Assembly: GCA_963789515.1 (NCBI GenBank)
Contig: CAWBKW010000003.1
Coordinates: 75,653 to 139,652 of the forward strand
Source: an uncultured Coriobacteriia bacterium
Lineage (GTDB): Bacteria > Actinomycetota > Coriobacteriia > Anaerosomatales > JAAXUF01
DNA length: 64,000 nt
Direction: 5' to 3'
Shown in pieces: positions 28,737 through 40,543 of the stretch. The notes beneath the pieces are model-generated. The model saw only the letters and a program-made list of their open reading frames with translations, searched no databases and had not been told where the DNA came from. A program made the translations under genes and the position numbers. The first letter of the stretch is position 1; every line of letters begins with the position of its first letter.

Positions 28737-29821
28737 TGGGCTTCGGAGACATCATCAAGCGGGCATGGACCATCACCTGGCGCTACCGCGCGCTGTGGGT
28801 GCTCGGGCTCTTCGCGGGGGTCACCGGGGCGAGCGGCGGCGGAGGCGGGGGTGGCAGGGGCAACTACAACTTCGGCTCGCTGGGACAGAACTCAGGCTCG
28901 GGGGCGGGCCGCCTCGGCTCGGGCCTTGATGGCGCCGCCTTCCTGCGCGTCCTCGAGAAACTCCTGCCGGTCATCATCGTCGCGACCCTGGGGCTCATCA
29001 TCATCGGGATCGTGTGGTGGATTCTCAGCGTGGCCGCGCGCGGGGGGCTGGTCTTTGCGGTCAACGAGATCGAAGAGGGCCGGACGATGTCGCTCGGCGG
29101 TGCCTGGAATGCCGGCTTCGCGCGCTTCTGGAGCATCTTCGGACTGTCACTGCTGCTGGCGCTGCCGGTCGTCGCGCTCTCCGTGATCATGGTCCTGCTG
29201 ATCGCGGTGCCGTTCGCCATCACGCTGGCGAGTGGCGGCGAGCCGGGTGCGGCGGCGATCGTCCCGATGTGCGGGACACTGGCCATAGGTGTCCCGCTGC
29301 TCCTCGTGTTGTCGATCGTTCTCGGGCTCCTGCATTCACTCGCGCTGCGCTACGTGATGCTCATGCACCAGGGGGCGGTTCAGGCGATCGGTGAGTCGTG
29401 GCGCGCCTTCCGCACCCGGTTCAAGGACACGGCTCTGATGTGGCTGATCGGCCTGGGGCTCAACGTGGCTGCCGGCGTGGTACTCGCGATTCCGGTCGTC
29501 ATCATCACGGTGGCAATCGTCATACCGGCCGTCCTTCTCGCCGTGTCCGGTAACTGGGCGGCCTTCGCGGCGGTCGTGGCCGTCTCCGTGCTCCTTCTCA
29601 TGGTCATCTCGTTCGCCTACACCGCGATCTGGGGGACGTTCAGTTCGGCGCTGTGGACGGTGTTCTTCCGAAGGTTCACGGGCATGGAGGTGCTGCCCGC
29701 GGCATCTGAGCCGATCCCCTCGACGCCGCCTGCGCCCGTCGAGCCGGTGCCGCTCGCGCCAGCGCCGCCTCCCCCTCTGCCGCCGCAGCCGGTCTCGGCT
29801 GCACCGGTGCCCATCCCGTGA
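28735..29821 (+). CDS. polytopic membrane protein, paralogue 2, with a Gly-rich loop and a Pro-rich tail
   Basis: GAAGGGA lies 8 nt upstream of ATG 28735. IIKRAWTITWRYRALWVLG...LWTVFFRRFTG...PPAPVEPVPLAPAPPPPLPP. Confidence 0.55.
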
Positions 29822-30652
29822 GTGGGCGCCTGGTCGTCTGCGCGACGCCGATCGGCAATCTCGGCGACGTGACGTTGCGCGTGCTTGACGCCCTGCGCGA
29901 AGCCGACACCGTCGCTGCCGAGGATACCCGCGTGACCCGCAAGCTGCTCGCGCGCTACGAGATCGCGACACGGATGGAGCGCTGCGACGAGCACACCGTC
30001 GAGCGGCAGGCACCCGCTCTCGTCGAGCGCATGGCCGGCGGGGAAGTCATCGCGCTCGTCTCCGACGCCGGCACGCCCGGCGTGTCCGATCCCGGCGCCC
30101 GCCTGGTCGACGCCTGTCTCGCAGCCGGCGTCGCCGTCGAGGTGCTGCCGGGGGCGAGCGCGATCCTGGCCGCGCTCGTAGCGAGCGGACTACCGACCCA
30201 CGCCTTCTACTTCGGGGGGTTCCTGCCGCGCAAGGCGGGGGAGCGCACACGCGCTGTCGGCCTGCTCGCCGAGCTCGACGCCACGCTGATCTTCTACGAG
30301 TCGCCGCACCGCTCGGCTGCGACGCTCACGGCTCTGGCAGGGCTGCTCCCCGGGCGTGACGCGGCACTCGCGCGCGAACTGACCAAGTTGCACGAGGAGG
30401 TGCTCCGCGCACCGATCGAGGAGCTCGCCCAGCTGGTCTCGGCGCGGGAGAAGCTCAAGGGCGAAGTCGTCCTGTTGATCGGACCGCCTCGCGCGCGCGA
30501 GCGCGCGCACGCGAACGAAGATGAGGTGCGGGCGGCGCGTCGAGGCCCGCGTCGCGCTGGGCGAGAGCCGGAGCGCAGCGGTCAGGCAGGTCGCCAAGGA
30601 ACTGGGCGTGCCGCGCGCCGAGGTCTACGGCTTCGCCCACAAGCCGTCCTAG
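29818..30652 (+). pseudogene. rsmI: 16S rRNA (cytidine1402-2'-O)-methyltransferase RsmI; one frame switch near 30535
   Basis: GRLVVCATPIGNLGDVTLRVLDALREADTVAAEDTR, FYESPHR. My translation of the true C-terminus is VEARVALGESRSAAVRQVAKELGVPRAEVYGFAHKPS, with a stop at 30650-30652. Confidence 0.85.
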
Positions 30653-30673
30653 CGGGGCGGAGAGCCGAGCGGG

Positions 30674-30919
30674 TCAGGTCTTCTTGATGGCGGCCACGCA
30701 ACTGGCGCACACGGCGCGGCCCTTGACCTCGATCGTCTCGGACTTCGCGTCACCACACACCGCGCACGCGTCCTTGTGCTTGGTGAGGATGATGTTCTCG
30801 CCGTCGACGAAGATCGAGATGGGGTCCTTGACGTGGATGCCCAGAGTGCGGCGCAGTTCCATGGGGATGACGATCCGGCCCAAGTCGTCCACGTGGCGTA
30901 CGATTCCTGTGTCGCGCAT
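30674..30919 (-). CDS. abrB: AbrB/SpoVT-type transition-state regulator homologue with a C-terminal CxxC...CxxC
   Basis: MRDTGIVRHVDDLGRIVIPMELRRTLGI closely matches the AbrB N-terminal swapped-hairpin domain. Tail is CAVCGDAKSETIEVKGRAVCASC. Confidence 0.85.
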   Translation of the reverse strand: MRDTGIVRHVDDLGRIVIPMELRRTLGIHVKDPISIFVDGENIILTKHKDACAVCGDAKSETIEVKGRAVCASCVAAIKKT

Positions 30920-30974
30920 GCGGAGCCGCCCTTCGCGAAGTCGCCGACGCCTACTGTCGTGCCGGAACGGTTAG

Positions 30975-32619
<1,645 letters not shown>

Positions 32620-32626
32620 CGGCCGC

Positions 32627-33549
32627 ATGTGCCCGCCGAGACACCCTCGACCGAACGCCCCGCTGTTCGCCGACTCCAAGGGCCGCGAGGTCGCGCCGCC
32701 GGACTTCGGCGCTGCGCCGATCGCCGATACGCACGCCCACCTCGACATGCTCGAGGATCCGGCCGCGGCGCTCGCGCGCGCCGCGCTCGCGGGTGTGAGC
32801 TTCGTCGCGACCGTCGCCGATCCCAGTGAGGACGCGTCGCGCACCTACGAGTCGCTGGACGGTTGGCTCGCGCAGCGCGCCGCGAGGTAGCTGACGCGAG
32901 CACCGAACGGCTGGGGCGCGCCGCACCTGAACCACCTGAGGTCCGCGTCATCGTCGGGGTGCATCCGCACAACGCGAAGGACCTTACACCTCAGGTCGAG
33001 GTGGAGTTGATACGCCTCGCATCAGATGGGCGGACAGCAGCCATCGGGGAGATCGGTCTGGACTATCACTACGACCACTCTCCCCGTGACGTGCAGCGCG
33101 CGGCCTTCCGCCGCCAGCTCGAACTCGCGTCGAGCTGGACCTGCCCGCCGTCGTGCACCTGCGTGAGGCTCACGCCGACGGCGAGGCGATCCTGCGCGAG
33201 GTCGGTGCTGCCCGCGAGCCGGTTGCATCCTGCACTGCTACACCTGGGCGCCGAGCCCTTCAGCCCTTTCCTCAGATCGGGTGCTACGGTGAGCTTCGCC
33301 GGCCCCGTCACCTTCAAGAAGTCCGATGAGATCCGCGAGGCCGCGCGCGCTGGTTCCGGTCGGTCGCATCCTCACCGAGACGGACTGCCCGTTCATGGCG
33401 CCCGAGCCGTTTCGCGGCCGCACGAACGAGCCTGCGCTGGTCGTCTTCACCGCCGCCCGCATCGCCAGGCGCGCGGGGAGGCGTTGCCGGCCTTCGCCGA
33501 GCACGCCTACTCGGCTGCGCTCGGGCTTCTCGGCGGGCGCGGACGATGA
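32627..33549 (+). pseudogene. TatD-family metal-dependent hydrolase; multiple frame switches
   Basis: IADTHAHLD, IGEIGLDYHY, VVHLREAH (my translation), ILTETDCPFMAP. Confidence 0.8.
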
Positions 33550-34172
33550 GCGAGCGCGCGACATCGCCGCGGCGTCGGCCCGCCACGCGTCCTCTGCATC
33601 GCCGGCAGCCCGCGGCGGCATGGCAACAGCGACCAGCTCCTCGACGCGCTCGTGTCCGGCGTCGAGACGGCGGGCGGGCGAGCTGTCAGGCTGGTCGCCG
33701 CCGAAGCGGGCGCCCGCCCGTGCCGCGGGTGCAACGCGTGCTCGCAGACGGGCGCGTGCGTCCTGCGCGACGGCATGGACGCCGTGTACGCGCGAGCTCG
33801 ACGCCGCCGAGGCGGTGGCGGTCGCCACGCCGGTGTTCTTCGCCACGGTGCCCGCGGTCCTCAAGATCCTGTTCGACCGCTGCCAGCCCTACTGGGCGCG
33901 GCGCTACGTGCTCGGCGAGCCGCGCTCCCGCACGCAAGCGCCCCGGGGCGATGCTGGTGGTGGGCGGGGGAGGCGACCCCTTCGGCACGACCTGCGCCGT
34001 GACTGCCGGTCAAGAGCGTCTTCGCACGTGCTCGGCGTGTCGGCCGAGACCGTCTTCGAGTGTGTCGGCCCCGACGCCCCGAGCGACATCGGGCACCACC
34101 CCGAGGCCCTGCGGGCCGCCGAGCGAGATCGGTGCAGAACTCGTCGCGCAGGTGCTCGCTCAGCGCTCGTAG
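33546..34172 (+). pseudogene. flavodoxin-like / NADPH-dependent FMN reductase family protein (iron-sulfur flavoprotein-like); multiple frame switches
   Basis: My reconstruction is RVLCIAGSPRRHGNSDQLLDALVSGVE...CRGCNACSQTGACV...ATPVFFATVPAVLKILFDR. ATGA overlap with the TatD-family gene. Confidence 0.6.
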
Positions 34173-34381
34173 CGGCGGCGCGCCGTATTGACGCGATGGG
34201 CCGCTTTGTGCGCCTCCCGGCGGGCGCGATTCGGCGGTCGTCCGCGCGTTCCCGCAACCCCTGTCTTCGAAAGCTATTCGTGGCGACCTGCGGGTTTGCG
34301 CGGGCCGTTTTTCAGGGCTAGCATTGGCACTCCCGTTTCGTTACGGAACGGTTGAAATATCCCCGATACAGAGAGGTCTGA

Positions 34382-35442
34382 ATGAGGTCTCAGCCGACTC
34401 GCTCGGCACGATCCTTCAGGACCCAATACATCATCGCAGCCATCATCCCAGCACTGCTTCTGTCGCACTCAGCGTCACCGGATTCGTATGGGCACAGAAG
34501 CAGGTCACGGTCGTCGTTGACGGTCGTGCCTCGCACGTGAAGACGCAGGCCACCGACGTGGCCGGGGTGCTTCGGCAGGCTCGCGTCGGCGTCGCAGAGG
34601 GCGACGTGCGTCACACCCCGTGCGGACATCGAAGTCACCGACGGCATGACCGTCATCGTGCGCCACGCGATCCCCGTCACCGTCAGGCTGGGTGACGAGC
34701 AGACGCGCGTTGAACGTGGTCGGCGAAGACCGTGGCAGATGCGCTCGTCGCCGCCGGCGTCGACCCCTCGGCCGACGCCGCGGTCACCCCCGCGCTCGAC
34801 ACCAAGCTCGTGGCCGGGATGCCCATCACCGCGCCGCAGCGGTTCGCCCGCGTCAAGACGGTGGACGTCGTGGTGCCGTTCAAGACCGAGACCTTCTCGA
34901 CTCCTCGCTGCCCAGAGGTACCCGTCAGATCATCGTGGCCGGCTCCAACGGCCTGAAGATGCAGCGTCACCAGGCCATCGTCACCAACGGCGTCGAGGGC
35001 CCCGCGACGGTCACCGCCGAGAAGATCGTCGACCCCGCCGGTCGACGCAGCTCGAGGCGATCGGGACCGGCGCGTGTCGAGCAAGTCCGCCGGCGCGAGC
35101 CCGGCTCATCACGGCGAAGCGGCACCCGCGGTTCGTCCAAGCCACAGACCGGTCACCGGATGCGCCTCGAGTCGACCGCCTACTCTCCCAACGAGCCGGG
35201 CGGCGGCGGTGGCCCGAGCACGGCGATGGGGCGCCCGGCCGTCTTCGGCGTGATCGCTGTCGACCCGCACGTCATTCCGCTCGGCACGCCGCCTCTACGT
35301 GCCGGGCTACGGCTACGCGATCGCGCCTACGACACCGGCGGCGACATCAAGGGCAACCGCATCGACCTGTGCTTCGACACCGGTGGCGAGTGCGATGCGA
35401 CTGGGGCCGTCGCAGTCGGTGACCATCATCATCCTCGACTAG
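34382..35442 (+). pseudogene. YabE-like cell-wall protein (TM, DUF348-like repeats, G5, 3D/RlpA-like domain); many frame switches
   Basis: KQVTVVVDGRASHVKTQATDVAGVL, GMTVIVRHAIPVTV, TRQIIVAGSNGLKMQRHQAIVTNG (G5-like), STAYSPNEPGGGGGPSTAMG...GVIAVDPHVIPLGT...DTGGDIKGNRIDLCFDT (3D). Confidence 0.7.
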
Positions 35443-35443
35443 C

Positions 35444-36311
35444 GTGGCGCACTCGCCGCTCGCCACTCCCTCGGCGACGATCGACGGTGCTCAAGCGCCA
35501 CGGCCTGGCCACCAAGAAGTCGCTCGGCCAGCACTTCCTCGTCGACGACAACGTCGTCGGCCGCATCCTCGAACTCGCCGCGCTCACCGGCGACGAGACC
35601 GTGCTCGAGGTCGGTCCCGGCATCGGCACGCTCACCGTCGCGCTGTGCGCAGCACGCGGGCGCCGTCGTGGCCGTCGAGCGCGACGCCAGCTGCTTCCCG
35701 CGCTCGCCGAGACCACCGCCGAGTGCGCGCGCTTCGCAGTCGTGCGTGCCGACGCGGTCGCCGTGATCCCGCCGAGGCTGATCGCCGAGCCGTTCGGCCC
35801 GCCGGCCGCGCTCGTCGCCAACCTGCCGTACGCGGTCGCCGCCACCGTCGTTCTGCGCTTCTTCGAGGAGATGCCCGCGCTCTCGCTCGGCGACGGTCAT
35901 GGTGCAGGCCGAGGTCGCCGACCGCATGGCCGCGTCCCCGGGCAACAAGGCAGTACGGCTCCTACACCGTCAAGCTGCGGCTGCTCGCCGCGCCCGCCGG
36001 CCGGTTCGCGGTCGCCCGCGGCTGCTTCCTGCCGCCTCCGCGCGTCGACTCGGCGGTGCTGCGGCTCGAGCGGCGCCCGCTGGGTCGACCGATCCCGACC
36101 TGCTCGCGCTGCGGCATCGCAGGCTCGCGGACGCGGCCTTCGCCCAGCGCCGCAAGACCGTGCGCAACTCGCTGCGCTCCGCGCTGGGACGCTGACGCGG
36201 GCGTGCTCGACGCCGCGCTCGAAGAGGCGGGAATCGACGGAGCGCTGCGCGCCGAGATGCTCGAACCGCGAGCGGTTCTTGGCGCTTGCGCGAGGCGTTC
36301 TCGCAGCGTGA
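35444..36311 (+). pseudogene. rsmA: 16S rRNA (adenine1518/1519-N6)-dimethyltransferase RsmA/KsgA; multiple frame switches
   Basis: KKSLGQHFLVDDNVVGRI, VLEVGPGIGTLT, ANLPYAVA, FLPPPRVDSAVLRLERR, AFAQRRKTVRNSL. Confidence 0.85.
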
Positions 36312-36458
36312 GCGGCGTCAACCTGACGTCGAGATGTCCCGACATCCGTCCGAGCCGGTCGCCGGATTCGGGCGCGAGCACGCTCAGAAGTGCTATTCGC
36401 GCTGGTAATCGAGCCGTATATTCGGCTATACTCCCTCCCGAACAGAGGGAGGCTCTCC

Positions 36459-36741
36459 ATGGATCTAGCTCGTCAGGCCGAGGTTGTCGGCCGTATTCGT
36501 ACTGACCTTGAAGGATATGACCGGTAGTCGCATTCGTGTTCGGGCCAACATGGGCCGCTCGAAGATCATCGAGCGTGAGGGCGTTCTGATGCAGACGCAT
36601 CCGGCGCTTTTCGTGGTCGAGGTCAAGGAGAAGCGCGATCGGACGGCGCGGGCGTCGTACCAGTACGTCGACGTGCTCACGGGCACCGTCGAGCTGACGC
36701 ACGTCGAGAGCGGCGAGAGCCTGCTGCCCTGGCTGAACTAG
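36459..36741 (+). pseudogene. veg: Veg (DUF1021) protein; probable frame switch near 36515, or an intact shorter form from ATG 36517
   Basis: RIRVRANMGRSKIIEREGVLMQTHPALFVVEV...RASYQYVDVLTGTVELT matches B. subtilis Veg. The upstream frame MDLARQAEVVGRIRTDLEG fits the Veg N-terminus. Confidence 0.8.
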
Positions 36742-36820
36742 CCGAGGGCGCAGGTCAAGACGAGAATCGGCGCGGGGCACTTTGTGCTCCGCGCCTTCTC
36801 GTGCAGAGGGAGGGGAACCG

Positions 36821-37700
36821 ATGCGTGCGGTCACGCTTCATCGCGCCGGCGAAGGTGAATCTGTTCCTGGGAGTCGGCGCCGTGCGCCCGGACGGCTACC
36901 ACGAGGTCGACCACCGTGCTCCAGGCGCTCGAGTTCGGCGACGTGGTGCGGATCCTGCCCGCCGACGAACTCGTGGTGACGACCTCAGTCGACCTGGGGA
37001 TCCCCGCAGAGCGAGAACCTCGCGTTCCGGGCGGCCCTCGCGTTCGCCGAGGAGTTCTCCGTCGCTCCGCGCGTGGTCGATCGAGATCGAGAAGCGCATG
37101 CCTGCGGGGGCGGGCCTGGCCGGCGGATCGTCGGACGCCGCGGCGGTCCTTGCCGGGCTCGCGCGCCTTCACGACATCGCCCCCTGCGGTGAGCGATGCG
37201 TTGCAGTCGCCCGCAGTCTGGGCGCCGACTGCGCGTTCTTCCTGTACGGCGGGGCGGCGCTCATGACCGGGCGCGGCGACGAGCTCGAGACGGCGCTTCC
37301 GTCGCGTGGCCGCGACGTTGTGCTGGTCAAGCCCCCAAGCCCGGTGCCGACGTCGGGTGCGTATCGCGCAGTTCGACCTCGCGCCCGCTGCCGGCGCCCG
37401 GCCCGTGGCCCGTCGTCGAGGCGCTGCGGGCGGGGGACGTCGCCGGACTGGCAGCCGCGCTCTCCAACAACCTGACCGCGGCCTCGGCGCAGCTGGTACC
37501 CGAGGTGGTCGACGCGCTAGCATGGGTGGGCGCGCGGCCGGGCGTGCTCGGTGCCGCGATGGCGGGCAGCGGCTCGGCGATGTTCGCGCTGTGCGAGGAC
37601 GCGGCTACAGCGGCCGGGATCGCTCGGGAAGCGCGAGACGCGGGGCTGGTGGGCGGTCGCCACGAGCCACCCGCTCGACGGGCGTGCAGGTCACCGATGA
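36821..37700 (+). pseudogene. ispE: 4-diphosphocytidyl-2-C-methyl-D-erythritol kinase; multiple frame switches
   Basis: APAKVNLFLGVGAVRPDGYHEV, IEIEKRMPAGAGLAGGSSDAAAVL, MAGSGSAMFAL. Confidence 0.8.
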
Positions 37701-37715
37701 AGATGAGGGGTCCGC

Positions 37716-38540
37716 GTGAAGGTCGACGCGGTAGTGCTTGCGGGCGGCGAGGGCGCCGTCATCGACCCGACCGTCAGCATCAAGGGGCTCGTGCCCGATC
37801 GCCGGCAAGCCCATGGTCGAGTGGGTCGTCGACGCGCTGCGCGCCGCGGACCGTCGGCCGAGATCGCCGTCGTCGTCCCCTCGGCGCAGAACCTCGGCCC
37901 GTGGGCCGACAAGGTCGACCAGCTGGTCATCTCGGACGCCAACTTCATCGACAACGCCATCGCCGGCTCCGAGCATGTTCAGCAGCGGACGTCACGTGCT
38001 CGGCGCAACGGGCGACCTGCCGGCGCTGACGCCGGAGGCCATCGACGACTACGTCGCGCGCTCGCTGGCGACGGGGCCGAGTTCACCTACCCGCTCGTCC
38101 GAGCCGAGGACATGGAGGCGCAGTTCCCCGGCTCGCAGCGCACCTACGTCAAGGTCGCCGGCGGCTCGGTGACGGGCGGCAACATGGTGCTGTGCACCGC
38201 GGACCTCGTGCGGCGCAACCGCGAGATCGGCCAGCGGCTCTTCGACACGCGCAAGAGCCCCGTCGCGATGGCCCGCGTCATCGGCATCCCGTTCGTCTTC
38301 AAGTACGTCACAGGCAGGCTGCGCGTCGACGACGTCGAGCGCAAGATGGAGCAGCTCCTGGGCGGGAAGTGTGCGGCGATCTACACCTCGCACGCCTCGA
38401 TCGGAGCCGACGTGGACAAGCCGATCGATGTGGTCGTCGCGGAGCGCGTGCTGTACAGCGATCAACGGGTAGGAATCCGTAGCGGCGCTGCCGAAAGGGT
38501 ACTCGGTGACAGCGTATGGCGGCCGGGGGGCCGCGACTGA
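37716..38540 (+). pseudogene. nucleotidyltransferase-family (MobA-like NTP transferase) protein; about 3 frame switches; C-terminal end uncertain
   Basis: VDAVVLAGGEG...KGLVPIAGKPMVEWVVDAL and GDLPALTPEAIDDYV (from ORFs 37716.. and 37738..). Confidence 0.55.
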
Positions 38541-38556
38541 CAAAGAGGGGCGAGCC

Positions 38557-38861
38557 ATGCAGATCACCAAGGTCACGCTGCGTCCGGTGGCCATGAACAA
38601 GGTGTGCGCTATCGCGAGCATCGTGATCGACGACAGCTTCGTCATCCACGACCTGCGCGTGGTCAACGGCGACAAGGGCCTGTTCGTCGCGATGCCTTCG
38701 CGCAAGCTGCCCAACGGCGACTTCCGCGACATCTGCCACCCGATCAACACCGAGGCCCGCAACGAGATCCAGCGCGCCGTCCTCGAGCAGTTCGCGGTCG
38801 ACGGCGGCGTCGAGGCGCTTTGCCGCTCGCGGCCGCAGAGGGCGGCGCCGCGCTCGAGTAG
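38557..38861 (+). pseudogene. spoVG: SpoVG-family protein. The frame stays open past the expected stop; the likely true stop at 38859-38861 requires one indel.
   Basis: [79 protein letters not shown]. Confidence 0.85.
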
Positions 38862-38995
38862 ACCCTCGGCGACGGGTCGCGAGCGCGTGCTAGACTCTGA
38901 TGCCTCGCGCGCGCCTTGCCGCGCCTTGCCAGTTGACGCTTCTTCTCGACTACTTCCTACACTGCGGTGCGGCTCGCGCTGCAGCGGCGTGTCTT

Positions 38996-39069
38996 TGGGG
39001 CATCGTTCAACGGCAGGACTCGGGCTTTTGGTGCCCGCTATCCAGGTTCGAATCCTGGTGCCCCAGCCA
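38996..39069 (+). tRNA. tRNA-Gln (TTG), CCA encoded
   Basis: TGGGGCATCGTTCAACGGCAGGACTCGGGCTTTTGGTGCCCGCTATCCAGGTTCGAATCCTGGTGCCCCAGCCA aligns along its length with E. coli tRNA-Gln. Anticodon loop is TTTTGGT. Confidence 0.9.
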
Positions 39070-39129
39070 CGCAACGCCGCCGCCCGGCGCCGACGAAGTC
39101 GCCCGCGTCTGACGAAGGAGCACCTCACG

Positions 39130-40512
39130 ATGAGCGCCATCGCTCTCATCCTCGCCGCCGGCGAGGGAACTCGCATGAAGTCCGACAAGCCCAAGGTCGC
39201 CCACGAGATTCTCGGCGTGCCGATGGTGCGCTGGGTGGTCGACGCGGCCCGCGAGGCCGGGTGCGAGCGTGTCGTGGCGATCACCGGCCACCGGGCCGAG
39301 CAGGTCGAGGCGCTGCTCGGCGGCGTCGAGTGCGTGCGCCAGGACCGGCAGCTCGGTACCGGGCATGCGGTCATGTGCGCGCAGCGACGCGCTCGGCGAC
39401 TTCCACGGCTCGCTCGTGGTGCTCTCGGGCGACACGCCGCTGCTGCGGGCCGAGACCATCTCGGGGCTCGTCGCGATGCGCGAGTCGGCCGGGGCGGTGC
39501 TCACGCTGCTGACGGCGCACCTGGCCGACCCGACCGGCTACGGCCGCATCGTGCGCGACGCGCGCGACGGCAGTGTCGCCCGGATCGTCGAGGAGAAGGA
39601 CTGCACCGCCCGAGCAGCGCGCGATCACCGAGGTCAACACCGGCACCTACTGCTTCGACTCCGGGGTGCTCTTCGCGCATCTCGACCGGCTCACGACCGA
39701 GAACGCGCAGGGCGAGTACTACCTCACCGACATGGTCTCGGTGTTCGTCGCCGAGGGGCTGACCGTCTCGGCGACGCTGACCGATGACCCGCTCGAGACG
39801 CTCGGCGTCAACTCGCCGCGTGCAGCTCGCCGAGGCCGCCAAGATCATGCAGCGGCGCATCAACCGCGTCCATCTGCTCGCCGGCGTCACGATGACCGAC
39901 CCCGACCTGGTCTGGATCGGCCCCGACGTCAGCTCGGCCGGGACGTCGAGCTGCTCCCGATGACCTTCCTGATGGGCACGACCGCCGTCGGCGACCGGGC
40001 CGTGATCGGGCCGAACTCGCGACTGACCGACGCGACGGTCGCCGAGGACGCCGTCGTCGACGCATCGGTCGTCGTCGGCGCGGTGGTGGGCCCGCGGGTC
40101 AAGCGTCGGCCCGGTGGCGTACCTGCGCGCGGGCACCGTTCTCGAGGCCGACTCCAAGGCGGGCACGTGCGTCGAGATCAAGAAGTCGACGGTGGGCGAG
40201 GGCAGCAAGGTGCCGCACCTGTCCTACATCGGCGACGCGACCATCGGCAAGAACGTCAACGTCGGCGCGGGCTCGATCACGTGCAACTACGACGGGTTCG
40301 CCAAGCACCCGACCGCCATCGGCGACGGCGCGTTCATCGGCTCTGATACCATGCTGGTTGCGCCCGTAACCGTCGGCGAGGGCGCGGTCACGGCGGCGGG
40401 GAGCACCATCGCCCGCGACGTGCCGGCAGGAGCGCTCGCGCTCGAGCGCTCCGAGCAGGTCAACGTCGAGGGATGGGCCGAGCGCCGCCGCCGCAAGAAC
40501 GAGGACGTCTAG
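39130..40512 (+). pseudogene. glmU: bifunctional UDP-N-acetylglucosamine pyrophosphorylase / glucosamine-1-phosphate N-acetyltransferase; about five frame switches
   Basis: [42 protein letters not shown], and a hexapeptide-repeat tail ending [23 protein letters not shown]. Confidence 0.9.
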
Positions 40513-40543
40513 GTCGATCGGGTACGAGTAGAGCGGGTTGAAG

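Noticed and set aside
38933-38963. A TTGACG ... TACACT promoter candidate for tRNA-Gln.
   Set aside because: The spacer is 19 nt, longer than the usual 16-18. I keep it only as a weak possibility and do not list it as a feature.
38506-39762. A possible SpoVG-GlmU fusion protein.
   Set aside because: The linker contains a complete tRNA-Gln, and glmU has its own RBS and ATG. The read-through is best explained by a lost stop codon.
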